Source: Casimicrobiaceae bacterium (lineage in GTDB: Bacteria; Pseudomonadota; Gammaproteobacteria; Burkholderiales; Casimicrobiaceae). Taken from it: DNA of 64,000 nucleotides. A model generated the notes under the pieces. It searched no databases, was not told the DNA's origin, and saw nothing but the letters and a program-made list of their open reading frames with translations. Shown here in pieces: positions 49,181 to 58,305 of this stretch (its first letter is position 1; each line of letters begins with the position of its first letter). The stretch lies in assembly GCA_035475895.1 (NCBI GenBank), contig DATILY010000019.1:4722-68721 (forward strand). The letters run 5' to 3'. The translations under genes were made by a program, and so were the position numbers.

Positions 49181-51264
49181 GAGAGCCTCCCCGCGCTCGT
49201 GGCGATGTGGGTGTGACGCTGCTCGTCCACGCTGGCGGTCTGGCCCGCCAGCACGACGATCGTCGTGCCGGGATGCTCGATCACCGCCGGACCGGCGATG
49301 CGAGCCTTCGCCGGCAACGAAGGGCCGTCGTAGATCGGCGTGCGCACCATGTCCCGGCTGCGCGGACACCACGTCATGCGGAAGGTACGTGGCGCGACGG
49401 CGCGGCCCTCACCCCAGCGCGCCGTGACGGGCGCGGCGGCGAGCCCGATCGAATCGACGCCGTAGTTGACGAATTCGATGCCGGCGTCCTTCAGCGCAGC
49501 GCCCTTGCCGAACAGCCGCTCGTATTCCTGCTCGAAGTCCGCCAGCATGCGTGCGAGGCCCGCCTCGTCGATGCGCGCCGGCGCTGGCACGCGCAGGTTG
49601 TGGACCTGGCGGCGATAGCGCGCTTCGACCCAGCGCTCGTGGCGCTGGCGCGCCGGCGGCACGTCGGCTTCGGCGAGTCGCCGCGCGCCGTCGGCTTCCA
49701 TCGCGACGTAGATGTCCTCGACGATCTGCGGCGCCACGGGGGGCACCAGCGGATGCGAGTGCTGCAACGAGAATCGCACGTCCGAGCGCGCCGCGCCGAA
49801 CGCCGAGTGCACCGTCGCGAAGAACGGCACGATGATGCGCGCGACACCGACTTCCTCGGCATACGACGCTGCATGCACGGGACCAGCGCCGCCGTAGGCG
49901 AACACGACGAAGTCGCGTGGATCGTGGCCGCGCTCGAGCGTCGACTTGCGGATCAGGTCCGCCATCTGGCTGTCGATCACCGTGCGGATGCCCGCGGCGG
50001 CGGCGAGCGTATCGCCGCCGAGCAGCGGATCGGCAATGCGGTGCTTGATCGCTTGCGTCGCACGCTCGGGATCGAGTCGCATGCGTCCGCCGAGGAAGCG
50101 ATCGGGCGACAGATAGCCCAGCACGAGATCCGCGTCGGTGACCGTAGGCTCTTCGCCGCCAAGCGCGTAACAGGCCGGTCCCGGCGCGGCGCCGGCGCTC
50201 TGCGGACCGATGCGCAAACGCCGGCCGTCGACCCATGCGATCGACCCACCGCCCGCGCCGATGGAGGCCACGTCCACCATCGGCAGACGCAGCTGGTACT
50301 GGTTGAGCACGGTCTCGCGGCTGTAGCCCCAGCGGCCGCGGTCCACGATCGCCACCTTGAACGTCGTGCCGCCGACGTCCGTCGCAATGACATTGGGCAG
50401 GTCGAGCGATGATGCGATCTGCGCCGCCCCCACCACGCCGGCGGCCGGACCGGACTCGATCGTGAAGATGGGCACCGTGTGCGCGGCCGTTGCCACGCCG
50501 CCATTGGCCTGCATCATCAGCAGCTTCTGCTTCAGCCCCGCTTCGGCGAGCGCTCCGGCGAGGCGGCTCACGTAGCTCTCGATCACCGGGCCCACATAGG
50601 CGTTGAACAGCGCCGTGGCGCTGCGCTCGTATTCACCCATGACGGGAGCGACGTCGCACGACAGGGACACGTACACCCCCGGCAGCTCGGCGGCGAGGAT
50701 CTGATGCACGCGCCGCTCGTGGCCGGCGTTCTTGTGCGAGAAGAGGAACGCCACCGCGACCGCTTGGTAGCCGCGCTCGCGCAGCGTCGCGGCCACCTGC
50801 CGCACCGCGGCCTCGTCGAGCGCCTGCACGACTCGTCCACGATAGTCGACGCGCTCGGGGATCTCGAAGATGTCGCGCTCGTCCACCAGCAGGCGCGGCT
50901 TCTGCGTCATGCGGTAGTGGTGCCGCTCGAACACGGTCAATCCCGCGACGCGGCCGGTCGCCCGCATGATGAGCAGGGTGTCGCCGAAGCCGCGCGTGGC
51001 AAGCACCGCAGTGCGCGCGCCGGTGAACGAGAAGATCGCGTTGCTGGACTGCGTGGTCGCATGGACCATGCGCCCCGTGCGCGCGAGCAGCCGGCGCACG
51101 TCGATGCCCACGTGGCCTGCCGCGTCTTCGAGGCCGTCGAACACGCCCCGCTGCAGGTCGTCCGGTGTGGTCAGCGACTTGCCGGCGAACGTCTCCCCGG
51201 AATCGTCCTCGATGACCACGACGTCGGTGAAGGTGCCCCCGATATCGACCGCAACGGTGTACAT
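49177..51264 (-). CDS. Hydantoinase A/oxoprolinase-family ATP-dependent subunit
   Basis: VDIGGTFTD, ESGPAAG, TDVGGTT, IGAGGGS, SAGAAPGPACY, FAYGGAGP; ATGA overlap with downstream gene. Confidence 0.92.
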   Translation of the reverse strand: MYTVAVDIGGTFTDVVVIEDDSGETFAGKSLTTPDDLQRGVFDGLEDAAGHVGIDVRRLLARTGRMVHATTQSSNAIFSFTGARTAVLATRGFGDTLLIMRATGRVAGLTVFERHHYRMTQKPRLLVDERDIFEIPERVDYRGRVVQALDEAAVRQVAATLRERGYQAVAVAFLFSHKNAGHERRVHQILAAELPGVYVSLSCDVAPVMGEYERSATALFNAYVGPVIESYVSRLAGALAEAGLKQKLLMMQANGGVATAAHTVPIFTIESGPAAGVVGAAQIASSLDLPNVIATDVGGTTFKVAIVDRGRWGYSRETVLNQYQLRLPMVDVASIGAGGGSIAWVDGRRLRIGPQSAGAAPGPACYALGGEEPTVTDADLVLGYLSPDRFLGGRMRLDPERATQAIKHRIADPLLGGDTLAAAAGIRTVIDSQMADLIRKSTLERGHDPRDFVVFAYGGAGPVHAASYAEEVGVARIIVPFFATVHSAFGAARSDVRFSLQHSHPLVPPVAPQIVEDIYVAMEADGARRLAEADVPPARQRHERWVEARYRRQVHNLRVPAPARIDEAGLARMLADFEQEYERLFGKGAALKDAGIEFVNYGVDSIGLAAAPVTARWGEGRAVAPRTFRMTWCPRSRDMVRTPIYDGPSLPAKARIAGPAVIEHPGTTIVVLAGQTASVDEQRHTHIATSAGRLS

Positions 51265-51291
51265 GGCAGGCCCGGACAAGCAATTTTAGTA

Positions 51292-51320
51292 TTTTTAATG
51301 AAAATGCTGGCCGGCGTCAA
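51292..51320 (-). promoter_or_regulatory. Candidate sigma70 promoter in an AT-rich island upstream of the hydantoinase cluster
   Basis: Minus strand TTGACG-N17-TAAAAA within CATTTTCATTAAAAATACTAAAATTG. Confidence 0.55.
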
Positions 51321-51354
51321 GTGGGGCCCCCCGACACGGCGAAGGCCCGCGCGA

Positions 51355-52251
51355 TCAGCTATTGCTGCGCGGTGTCGTCACGCCCGACATGCGGGCGAGC
51401 ACGTCGAACACGATCGCGAAATCGTAGTGCTCGAGGCCCATGCCGCGCGCGGCGGTGAGGAGCTCGTTGGTGGTGGCCGTGCTGGGAAGCGGCACGTCGA
51501 GCTGCCGTCCCAGCTCCAGGGCGAGGTTCATGTCCTTCTGCATCATGTCGCAGTTGAACCACGCCTCGTCGGGCATCTGCAGCACGAACGGCCCGCGATA
51601 CTTGACCATCGGCGAGCCGATCACGCTGTTGACGAGCACCTCCACCGCGACCTCACGCCTGATCCCGCTCTTCTCGGCCAGCAGCACGCCCTCGCTGAAG
51701 GCCAGCATCTGTACGGCAAGGCTGAGGTTCGTGGCGATCTTCATGGTGACCGCCAGGCCGTTGCCGCCCACGTAGGTCGCGCGGGGCCCGATGTCGAGCA
51801 GGATGGGCTGCACGTGCCTGAAGACATCGGCATCGCCGCCGACCATGAGCGTGAGCTTGCCCTCCTCGAGCGTGACGACGCTGCCCGACACCGGCGCATC
51901 GAGCATGGAGGCGCCCGCGGCCTTGACGCGGCCAGCCAGCTCGCGGCTGATCGCGGGGCTCACGGTGCTCATGTCCACGTGGATGCGCCCTGGCTGCATG
52001 CCGGCGAGCAGGCCCTGCTCGCCTTCCATGACGCTGCGCAGCGCCGCCGTATTCGTGACCATGGTGAACGTGACGTCCGCCGACTCGGCAACGGCGCGTG
52101 GCGACGGTGCGAGGACCATGCCCGCGTCGACCAGCCATTGCGCCTTCGCTACCGTGCGGTTGTAGCCTGTAACGCTGTGCCCGGCGTCGAGCAGCCGCTT
52201 GACCACGCGGCTGCCCATGACGCCCAGGCCGACGAATCCGAGTCGTGCCAT
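51355..52251 (-). CDS. 3-hydroxyisobutyrate dehydrogenase / tartronate semialdehyde reductase family oxidoreductase
   Basis: LGFVGLGVMG, DAPVSGS, MKIATN. Confidence 0.9.
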   Translation of the reverse strand: MARLGFVGLGVMGSRVVKRLLDAGHSVTGYNRTVAKAQWLVDAGMVLAPSPRAVAESADVTFTMVTNTAALRSVMEGEQGLLAGMQPGRIHVDMSTVSPAISRELAGRVKAAGASMLDAPVSGSVVTLEEGKLTLMVGGDADVFRHVQPILLDIGPRATYVGGNGLAVTMKIATNLSLAVQMLAFSEGVLLAEKSGIRREVAVEVLVNSVIGSPMVKYRGPFVLQMPDEAWFNCDMMQKDMNLALELGRQLDVPLPSTATTNELLTAARGMGLEHYDFAIVFDVLARMSGVTTPRSNS

Positions 52252-52337
52252 GTGGCGGCTCTTTGGTGGAATGCGTACGATGGACGCCGGTTACCTGCAC
52301 CGGCCGATGGAGAAGCGAGTCGCAGGTCGCAGGCGTG

Positions 52338-52712
52338 TCAGCGACCGCCGGCAAGCTCGGTGATCGTCTCGAAGCCGCCCCAGAACATGCGCTTGCCGTC
52401 GAACGGCATCTTGGACGGATCCATCGACGCCTTCAGCGCGGGGTCCTCCATGACCGCCTTGCCAATGCGGTCGCGGTCTTCCTTGTTGCGGTACACCACC
52501 CAGGCGAGCGCGATCACCTCGCCATCCTTGAGATCGACCGCTTGCGGAAACGACGTGACCTTGCCAGGCTGCGCGTCGTCGCTGATCGAGTCGGAGTAAT
52601 ACAGCGCGCCGTGTCGCAAGTGCGCGTTGCCCCATTCGGCCGACATGCGCTTGTAAGTGTCGAGGTTGGCACGGGGAACGGGGATCACGATGGCGTCGAT
52701 GTAATGGGACAT
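52338..52712 (-). CDS. DUF1428 family protein
   Basis: YIDAIVIPVP, TSFPQAV, MPFDGKRMFWGGF. Confidence 0.88.
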   Translation of the reverse strand: MSHYIDAIVIPVPRANLDTYKRMSAEWGNAHLRHGALYYSDSISDDAQPGKVTSFPQAVDLKDGEVIALAWVVYRNKEDRDRIGKAVMEDPALKASMDPSKMPFDGKRMFWGGFETITELAGGR

Positions 52713-52883
52713 TCAATCCTCCGGAAAGAAGAAGGCGAGACAGGCAGCGCGCCACGATCGCGTGGCCGGGCGCCCTGCCGTGACGGATGGGGCCGGCGCG
52801 GTGTGTGCCCGCGGGTCCCAGCTCCATTTTAGGCCAATGCCGTCCTCGCCCAGCGGCATAATTCCACTTTTCGTGGAGCTCGC

Positions 52884-54467
52884 ATGAGCACATCGGTGGA
52901 ACGTACCGCCCGGCTCTTGGTCCTCGTCGCATCGCTCGTCCTCGCGGCTCCAACACACGGTGTCGACCTTCGCATCGGCCGTTCCAACGAGCAATCGTCG
53001 ATGGATCCGCAGTTTTCGCGCACGGGCAACAACCTGATGACCGCGCAGGACCTGTTCGACCGGCTGATCGAGAACGACGCGAACCTGCAAACCAGGCCGG
53101 CGCTGGCGGTCTCCTGGAAGGCGCTCGATCCGCTGACGTGGGAAGTGAAGCTGCGGGACAACGTGAACTTCCACGACGGCAGCCCGTTCACCGCCGACGA
53201 CGTGGTCTTCTCGATGAAGCGCGCTGGCGAGATCCAGAACAGCCCCGCGACGTTCGCCGGTGCCGTGCGCGGCATCGCGGGCATGGACGTCGTCGACGCG
53301 CGTACCGTGCGCTTCAAGACGAAGACGCCCACGCCCGAGTTCATCGAGCAGATCGGCCGCGTGTACATCGTGTCGAAGAAGGCGGTCGGGGAGCACCGAA
53401 GCGACGATTTCAAGGGGCCGGCCGTCGCGGTGGGCACCGGACCCTACAAATTCAAGGAGTGGGTGCCCGGCGACCACATGGTGCTCACGCGCAACGACGC
53501 CTATTGGGGTCACAAGGCGGCGTTCGGCACCGTCACCGTACGGTTCATCACCAACGATGCGGGGCGGGTTGCCGCATTGCTGTCCGGCGCCGTGGACCTG
53601 ATCGACAGCGTCCCGCCCGCCGACGTCAAGCGCGTGCAGTCGTCGTCCGGCATGCACGTATTCTCCACGCCGTCGGCGCGCATCATCTATCTGGCGCTCG
53701 ACACGAGCCGCGATGCGAGCCCCTACATCGTGGGCGCGGACGGCAAGCCGCTCACGCCCAATCCATTGCGCAATCCGAAGGTGCGGCTTGCGTTGTCCAA
53801 GCTGATCAACCGGCCACTCATCGTCGAGCGCATCCTCGATGGCGCCGGCGTGCCGGCCGGCCAGCTGGTGCCCGAAGGCGTGATCGGCTTCGCGCCCGAG
53901 CTCAAGCCGGAGACGTACGACGTGGCCGCTGCCAAGGCGCTGCTCGCCGACGCGGGCTACAAGGATGGATTCGGCATTACGGTGCACTCGTCCAACGATC
54001 GCTTTCACGGCGACAAGGACATCGCGCAGGCGATCGGACAGATGTTCGCGCGGGGCGGGCTGAGGGTCGTCGGCGTGGTCACCCAGCCGTACAACGTGTA
54101 CTCCACCGCCGCGACCCAGCGGGCCTACAGCGCGTTCGTGTTCTCCTTCGGCACGACCACGCCAAGCTCGTCGTTCGCCCTCATGAACGTGCTGCAGACC
54201 TATGACGAAAAGGCAGGCACCGGCGCGTTCAACCGGACCCGCTATTCCAATCCCGCGTTCGACGCGGCGCTGACCAAGGCCATGCAGGAATTCGACGAGC
54301 GCAAGCGCGGCGCCCTCCTCGCCGACGCGACGCGCAGCGCGATGAGCGACGTCGCCCTGATCCCCCTGTATTGGCCGAAGCTCTACTGGGCGACCCACGG
54401 CAACCTCACGTACGTCCCTGGCAAGGACGAAGACACGCGCGCATCGCTGGCCGGCATCGGCCCATGA
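52884..54467 (+). CDS. ABC transporter family 5 (DppA/NikA-like) substrate-binding protein
   Basis: Signal peptide; FHDGSPFTADDVVFS, GTGPYKF, VRLALSKLINR. Confidence 0.9.
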   Translation: MSTSVERTARLLVLVASLVLAAPTHGVDLRIGRSNEQSSMDPQFSRTGNNLMTAQDLFDRLIENDANLQTRPALAVSWKALDPLTWEVKLRDNVNFHDGSPFTADDVVFSMKRAGEIQNSPATFAGAVRGIAGMDVVDARTVRFKTKTPTPEFIEQIGRVYIVSKKAVGEHRSDDFKGPAVAVGTGPYKFKEWVPGDHMVLTRNDAYWGHKAAFGTVTVRFITNDAGRVAALLSGAVDLIDSVPPADVKRVQSSSGMHVFSTPSARIIYLALDTSRDASPYIVGADGKPLTPNPLRNPKVRLALSKLINRPLIVERILDGAGVPAGQLVPEGVIGFAPELKPETYDVAAAKALLADAGYKDGFGITVHSSNDRFHGDKDIAQAIGQMFARGGLRVVGVVTQPYNVYSTAATQRAYSAFVFSFGTTTPSSSFALMNVLQTYDEKAGTGAFNRTRYSNPAFDAALTKAMQEFDERKRGALLADATRSAMSDVALIPLYWPKLYWATHGNLTYVPGKDEDTRASLAGIGP

Positions 54468-56320
54468 TCGACACCCCTGTGGCGCATGACGTGCTCGTCG
54501 AGCACGACGTCATGGTGCGCATGCGCGACGGCGTGCATCTGGCCACCGACGTCTACCGCCCCGCGCGCGACGGCGCCGCGCTGGCTGCGCCACTGCCCGT
54601 GCTGGTCGAGCGCACGCCTTATGGCAAGCACCTGCGCTCGCGCTCGGAGATCGACGTCGGCATGCAGGACCCGCGCCTGCGCAGCGACGTCGCGCGTGCA
54701 TTCGTCGCCTCCGGCTATGTCGTCGTGTTCCAGGACTGCCGCGGGCGCTACGCGTCCGAAGGCGAATTCACCAAGTACCTGTCCGAGGGACCCGACGGTT
54801 ACGACACGCTCGCATGGATCGTCGGGCAACCGTGGTGCAACGGCCGCATCGGCACCTTCGGGCTGTCGTACGCCGCGCATACGCAGATGGCCGCGGCCTG
54901 CCTCGATCCGCCCGGGCTGGCCTGCATGGTGCTCGATTCAGGCGGCTTCTCGAGTGCCTACCGCTGTGGCATCCGCCAAGGGGGCGCGTTCGAGCTCAAG
55001 CAGGCAACCTGGGCGTACAAGCAGGCGAAGGAGAGCCGGCGCGCGGAAGCCGATCCTTCGATCGTCCGCGCGCTCGAAGGCGAAGACATCCGTACCTGGT
55101 TCCACGCGATGCCCTGGGACCACGGCCGATCGCCGGTGCGCTGGGAACCCGAGTACGAAGCGTATCTGCTCGACCAGTGGCGCCGCGGCACCTTCGACGA
55201 TTACTGGCGCCAGGTGGGGCTGTACGCTGCCGGTCATTACGACACGTTGCCGGACATCCCCGTGCTCCTGATGTCGAGCTGGTACGACGCATACGTGCAT
55301 ACCACCTTCGACAACTACGCCGGCTTGCGGCGGCGTCCGGCACGCGCGGTCGAGCTCGTCATGGGCCCCTGGACGCATGGCAACCGCAATCGTGCCGTGT
55401 TCGGCGATGTGGACTTCGGTCCGCAGGCACCCTTCGACGGCCATGTGGCAGCGAGCTGGATCGCGTATCGGCGTGCGTGGTTCGACCGCTGGCTCAAGGA
55501 CGCGCCGGCGCGCGACGTGGCGCCGGTGCGCCTGTTCGTCATGGGCGGGGGTACCGGGCGCAAGACGCCCGACGGATATCTGGATCATGGCGGCCGGTGG
55601 ATCGATGCTTCGGCGTGGCCGTTGCCGCAGACGCGTCTCGCGTCGTTCTATCTGCGCGACAACGGCTCGCTGACGGAGACCAAGCCGGACAACGACGCGT
55701 GGATCGCCTTCGACTTCGATCCGCGCGATCCCGTGCCCACGCTGGGCGGCGCCCTGACGAGCGGTGAGCCGGTCTTCGAGGGCGGCGCGTACGACCAGCG
55801 GGAAGATCTGCGTTTCTTCGCCTGCACGCGGCCGGGCCTGCCGCTCATGGCGCGGCGCGACGTGCTCGCGTTCGAGACGCCGCCGCTCGCGCACGACGTG
55901 ACGGTGATCGGGCCCATCGAAGTCGAGCTGTGGGTATCGTCCGATGCGCCGGACACCGACTTCACGGCCAAGGTGATCGACGTGCATCCGCCCAACGACG
56001 ATTACCCGACAGGCTATGCGATGAACATCACCGACGGCATCTTCCGCTGTCGCTATCGCAATGGCTGGGACCGTCCGATGCCGATCGTGCCGGATGAGCC
56101 GTTCCGCATCACGATCGAGCCGTTCGCCACGGCCAACGTCTTCAAGGCCGGACACCGCATTCGCGTCGACATCTCGTCGAGCAACTTCCCGAAGTTCGAC
56201 GTCAACCCGAACACCGGCGCGCCCGAAGGGACCGGTCGCACGACCCGCATCGCCCGCAATACGGTCCATCTGTCGCGCGAGCACTCGTCGCGCGTCGTGC
56301 TCGCAGTCGTGCCAGCCTAG
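54464..56320 (+). CDS. CocE/NonD family (S15) hydrolase
   Basis: MRDGVHLATDVYRP, ERTPYG, QDCRGRYASEG, GLSY nucleophile, GPWTHG, DISSSNFPKFDVNPN; ATGA overlap. Confidence 0.92.
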   Translation: MIDTPVAHDVLVEHDVMVRMRDGVHLATDVYRPARDGAALAAPLPVLVERTPYGKHLRSRSEIDVGMQDPRLRSDVARAFVASGYVVVFQDCRGRYASEGEFTKYLSEGPDGYDTLAWIVGQPWCNGRIGTFGLSYAAHTQMAAACLDPPGLACMVLDSGGFSSAYRCGIRQGGAFELKQATWAYKQAKESRRAEADPSIVRALEGEDIRTWFHAMPWDHGRSPVRWEPEYEAYLLDQWRRGTFDDYWRQVGLYAAGHYDTLPDIPVLLMSSWYDAYVHTTFDNYAGLRRRPARAVELVMGPWTHGNRNRAVFGDVDFGPQAPFDGHVAASWIAYRRAWFDRWLKDAPARDVAPVRLFVMGGGTGRKTPDGYLDHGGRWIDASAWPLPQTRLASFYLRDNGSLTETKPDNDAWIAFDFDPRDPVPTLGGALTSGEPVFEGGAYDQREDLRFFACTRPGLPLMARRDVLAFETPPLAHDVTVIGPIEVELWVSSDAPDTDFTAKVIDVHPPNDDYPTGYAMNITDGIFRCRYRNGWDRPMPIVPDEPFRITIEPFATANVFKAGHRIRVDISSSNFPKFDVNPNTGAPEGTGRTTRIARNTVHLSREHSSRVVLAVVPA

Positions 56321-56724
56321 CGGGCGGTGGACGCAGTAGCGCTGCCGCGCACGCTCGACGTCGGCTGCGCCCCGAGGGTTTCAAGGACCTGAGCAGCGTC
56401 GCGATCGAGCTCCGGGCTGCGGATGAAGCGCAGGTGCGTGATGTCGTTCGGAAAGAACAGACCGAGGGTCCATTCGACGAAGATGCGCAGCTTGCGGCCC
56501 AGCGTCGGCATCTGGGATAGATAGTCCACGCGCCACAGGAGCCACGCGGGCAGGCCCCGGCGCGGTAGACCCATCGCCTGCGCAACGCCCTTCCGATGCC
56601 CGATGGCGGCCATCGCGCCGCGTGAGCGGTGCCGGAACGGCCGCGTCGGCTGCTGCCGGATGGCGGCCAGCAGATTCCTCGCGAGCCAGCCGATCAAGAC
56701 CGATTTCACGCCTTCGTTCGACAT
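56317..56724 (-). pseudogene. ndh: Type II NADH dehydrogenase remnant (apparent in-frame internal deletion)
   Basis: C-terminal Ndh signature RPFRHRSRGAMAAIG...GLPAWLLWR..YL..MPT..RKLR...EW joined directly to a 12-aa start MSNEGVKSVLIG with RBS GAGG. Confidence 0.6.
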
Positions 56725-56940
56725 CGGCCCGCCTCGTCCTTGGTCAACGCGGCATGCGCGCCCGTGCGCTGCCGCCCGCGTTGGTCGCGCAACACAGCTG
56801 CAGGCTTACGGCAATCGATAACGCAAGTTTCCCTGTAAGGGCCCGCCCGGCGTGGCGACTATCGGCGCATGGCGGGTCACGAACGATCCGCCTTCGCGGC
56901 GCGACGACGCGCCAACCACTCGACCGAAGGAGACACTCAA

Positions 56941-57210
56941 ATGCACATGATCAAGGCCGCAAGGATGTTCGCGGCGGGCACGATCCTCGCGCTCGCGGCG
57001 ATTTCCACTCCCGCCTTCGCCGCCGACGGCGACGGCATGCAAAGCTTCGCCAAGGAAGTGACGGCCATGGCCAACAAGGACGGCATGGTGTCCAAGCGGG
57101 ACTTCATGGCGATGATGGAAAAGAAATTCGACGCGATGGACAAGGGCCGCAAGGGCATGCTGTCCGTGCCGGACGTCATGCGGATCTTCAGCGACAAGAC
57201 CGGGCAATAG
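56941..57210 (+). CDS. Small exported Met-rich EF-hand-like protein
   Basis: Signal peptide ending PAFA; NKDGMVSKRDF and DKGRKGMLS EF-hand-like loops; RBS GGAG. Confidence 0.7.
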   Translation: MHMIKAARMFAAGTILALAAISTPAFAADGDGMQSFAKEVTAMANKDGMVSKRDFMAMMEKKFDAMDKGRKGMLSVPDVMRIFSDKTGQ

Positions 57211-57481
57211 CGCCGTGCGCGACCCGCTGCGTACCGCACCGATCGTCGCGGATGCATCGGGTCGCGCCGATGAGCGGGTAACGCAGGGCGTTGCTCCGCT
57301 TGCCTCAAGTCGACCGGCCCGGGTGCGTAAGGTTTGCCCGTGCCGCGGGACTAACCGTCCAATCGCGGCCAGCCGCGCTCTCACGTACGATCGTCGGCTG
57401 GCAGGCGCGCCGGCTCGTCGAGCGGTTTCGGCGCGGACGGCCTTGGCCTCGTTCACCTCTTCACCATCAATGGAGCATCAC

Positions 57482-58264
57482 ATGTTCAACGGGCTCACGG
57501 CGCTCGTGACCGGATCGACCAGCGGCATCGGGTTGGGCATCGCAACGGCGTTCGCCGCGAAGGGTGCGAACGTCGTGCTCAACGGCTTCGGTGACGCGGG
57601 GGAGATTGCGCGCCTGCGCGATTCGCTCGCGGCCGAGCATGGCGTCACGGTTCGTTACGACGGCGCCGACCTGTCGCGGCAGGAACCGGTCGAGGCGATG
57701 ATGCACAAGGCGATCAGCGAATTCGGCGCCATCGACATCCTGGTGAACAACGCCGGCGTGCAGTTCGTCGCGCCGGTCGACGAGTTTCCCGTCGACCAGT
57801 GGACCCTGATCCAGTCGCTCAACCTGACCGCGTCGTTTCACACGATCCGCCTCGCGCTGCCCGCCATGAAGGCGAAGCGATGGGGGCGCATCGTGAACGT
57901 CGCGTCCGCGCACGCCCTCGTCGCGAGTCCGTACAAGGCCGCCTACGTCGCGGCGAAGCACGGCATCGCCGGCTTGACCAAGACGGTGGCGCTCGAAGTC
58001 GCGACACACGGCATCACGGTGAACGCGATCTGCCCCGGCTACGTCTGGACCCCGCTCGTCGAGAAGCAGATCCCCGACACGGCGAAAGCGCGTGGCCTCA
58101 CCGAGCAGCAGGTCATCGACGACGTGTTGTTGCAAGCGCAGCCGACCAAGCAGTTCGTGCAGGTGGGCGAGGTCGCCGCGCTCGCGGCGTTCCTGGCGAG
58201 CCGCGACGCCGCGTCGATCACCGGCGCCGTCATTCCGATCGATGGCGGCTGGACGGCGCAGTAA
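57482..58264 (+). CDS. bdhA: D-3-hydroxybutyrate dehydrogenase (SDR)
   Basis: VTGSTSGIGLG, NVVLNGFGD, NNAGVQFVAPV, ASPYKAAYVAAKHG, ICPGYVWTPLV. Confidence 0.92.
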   Translation: MFNGLTALVTGSTSGIGLGIATAFAAKGANVVLNGFGDAGEIARLRDSLAAEHGVTVRYDGADLSRQEPVEAMMHKAISEFGAIDILVNNAGVQFVAPVDEFPVDQWTLIQSLNLTASFHTIRLALPAMKAKRWGRIVNVASAHALVASPYKAAYVAAKHGIAGLTKTVALEVATHGITVNAICPGYVWTPLVEKQIPDTAKARGLTEQQVIDDVLLQAQPTKQFVQVGEVAALAAFLASRDAASITGAVIPIDGGWTAQ

Positions 58265-58305
58265 GCCCGTCACCGGTCCTGATTCGACGCAGGGGAGACA
58301 GTGCC

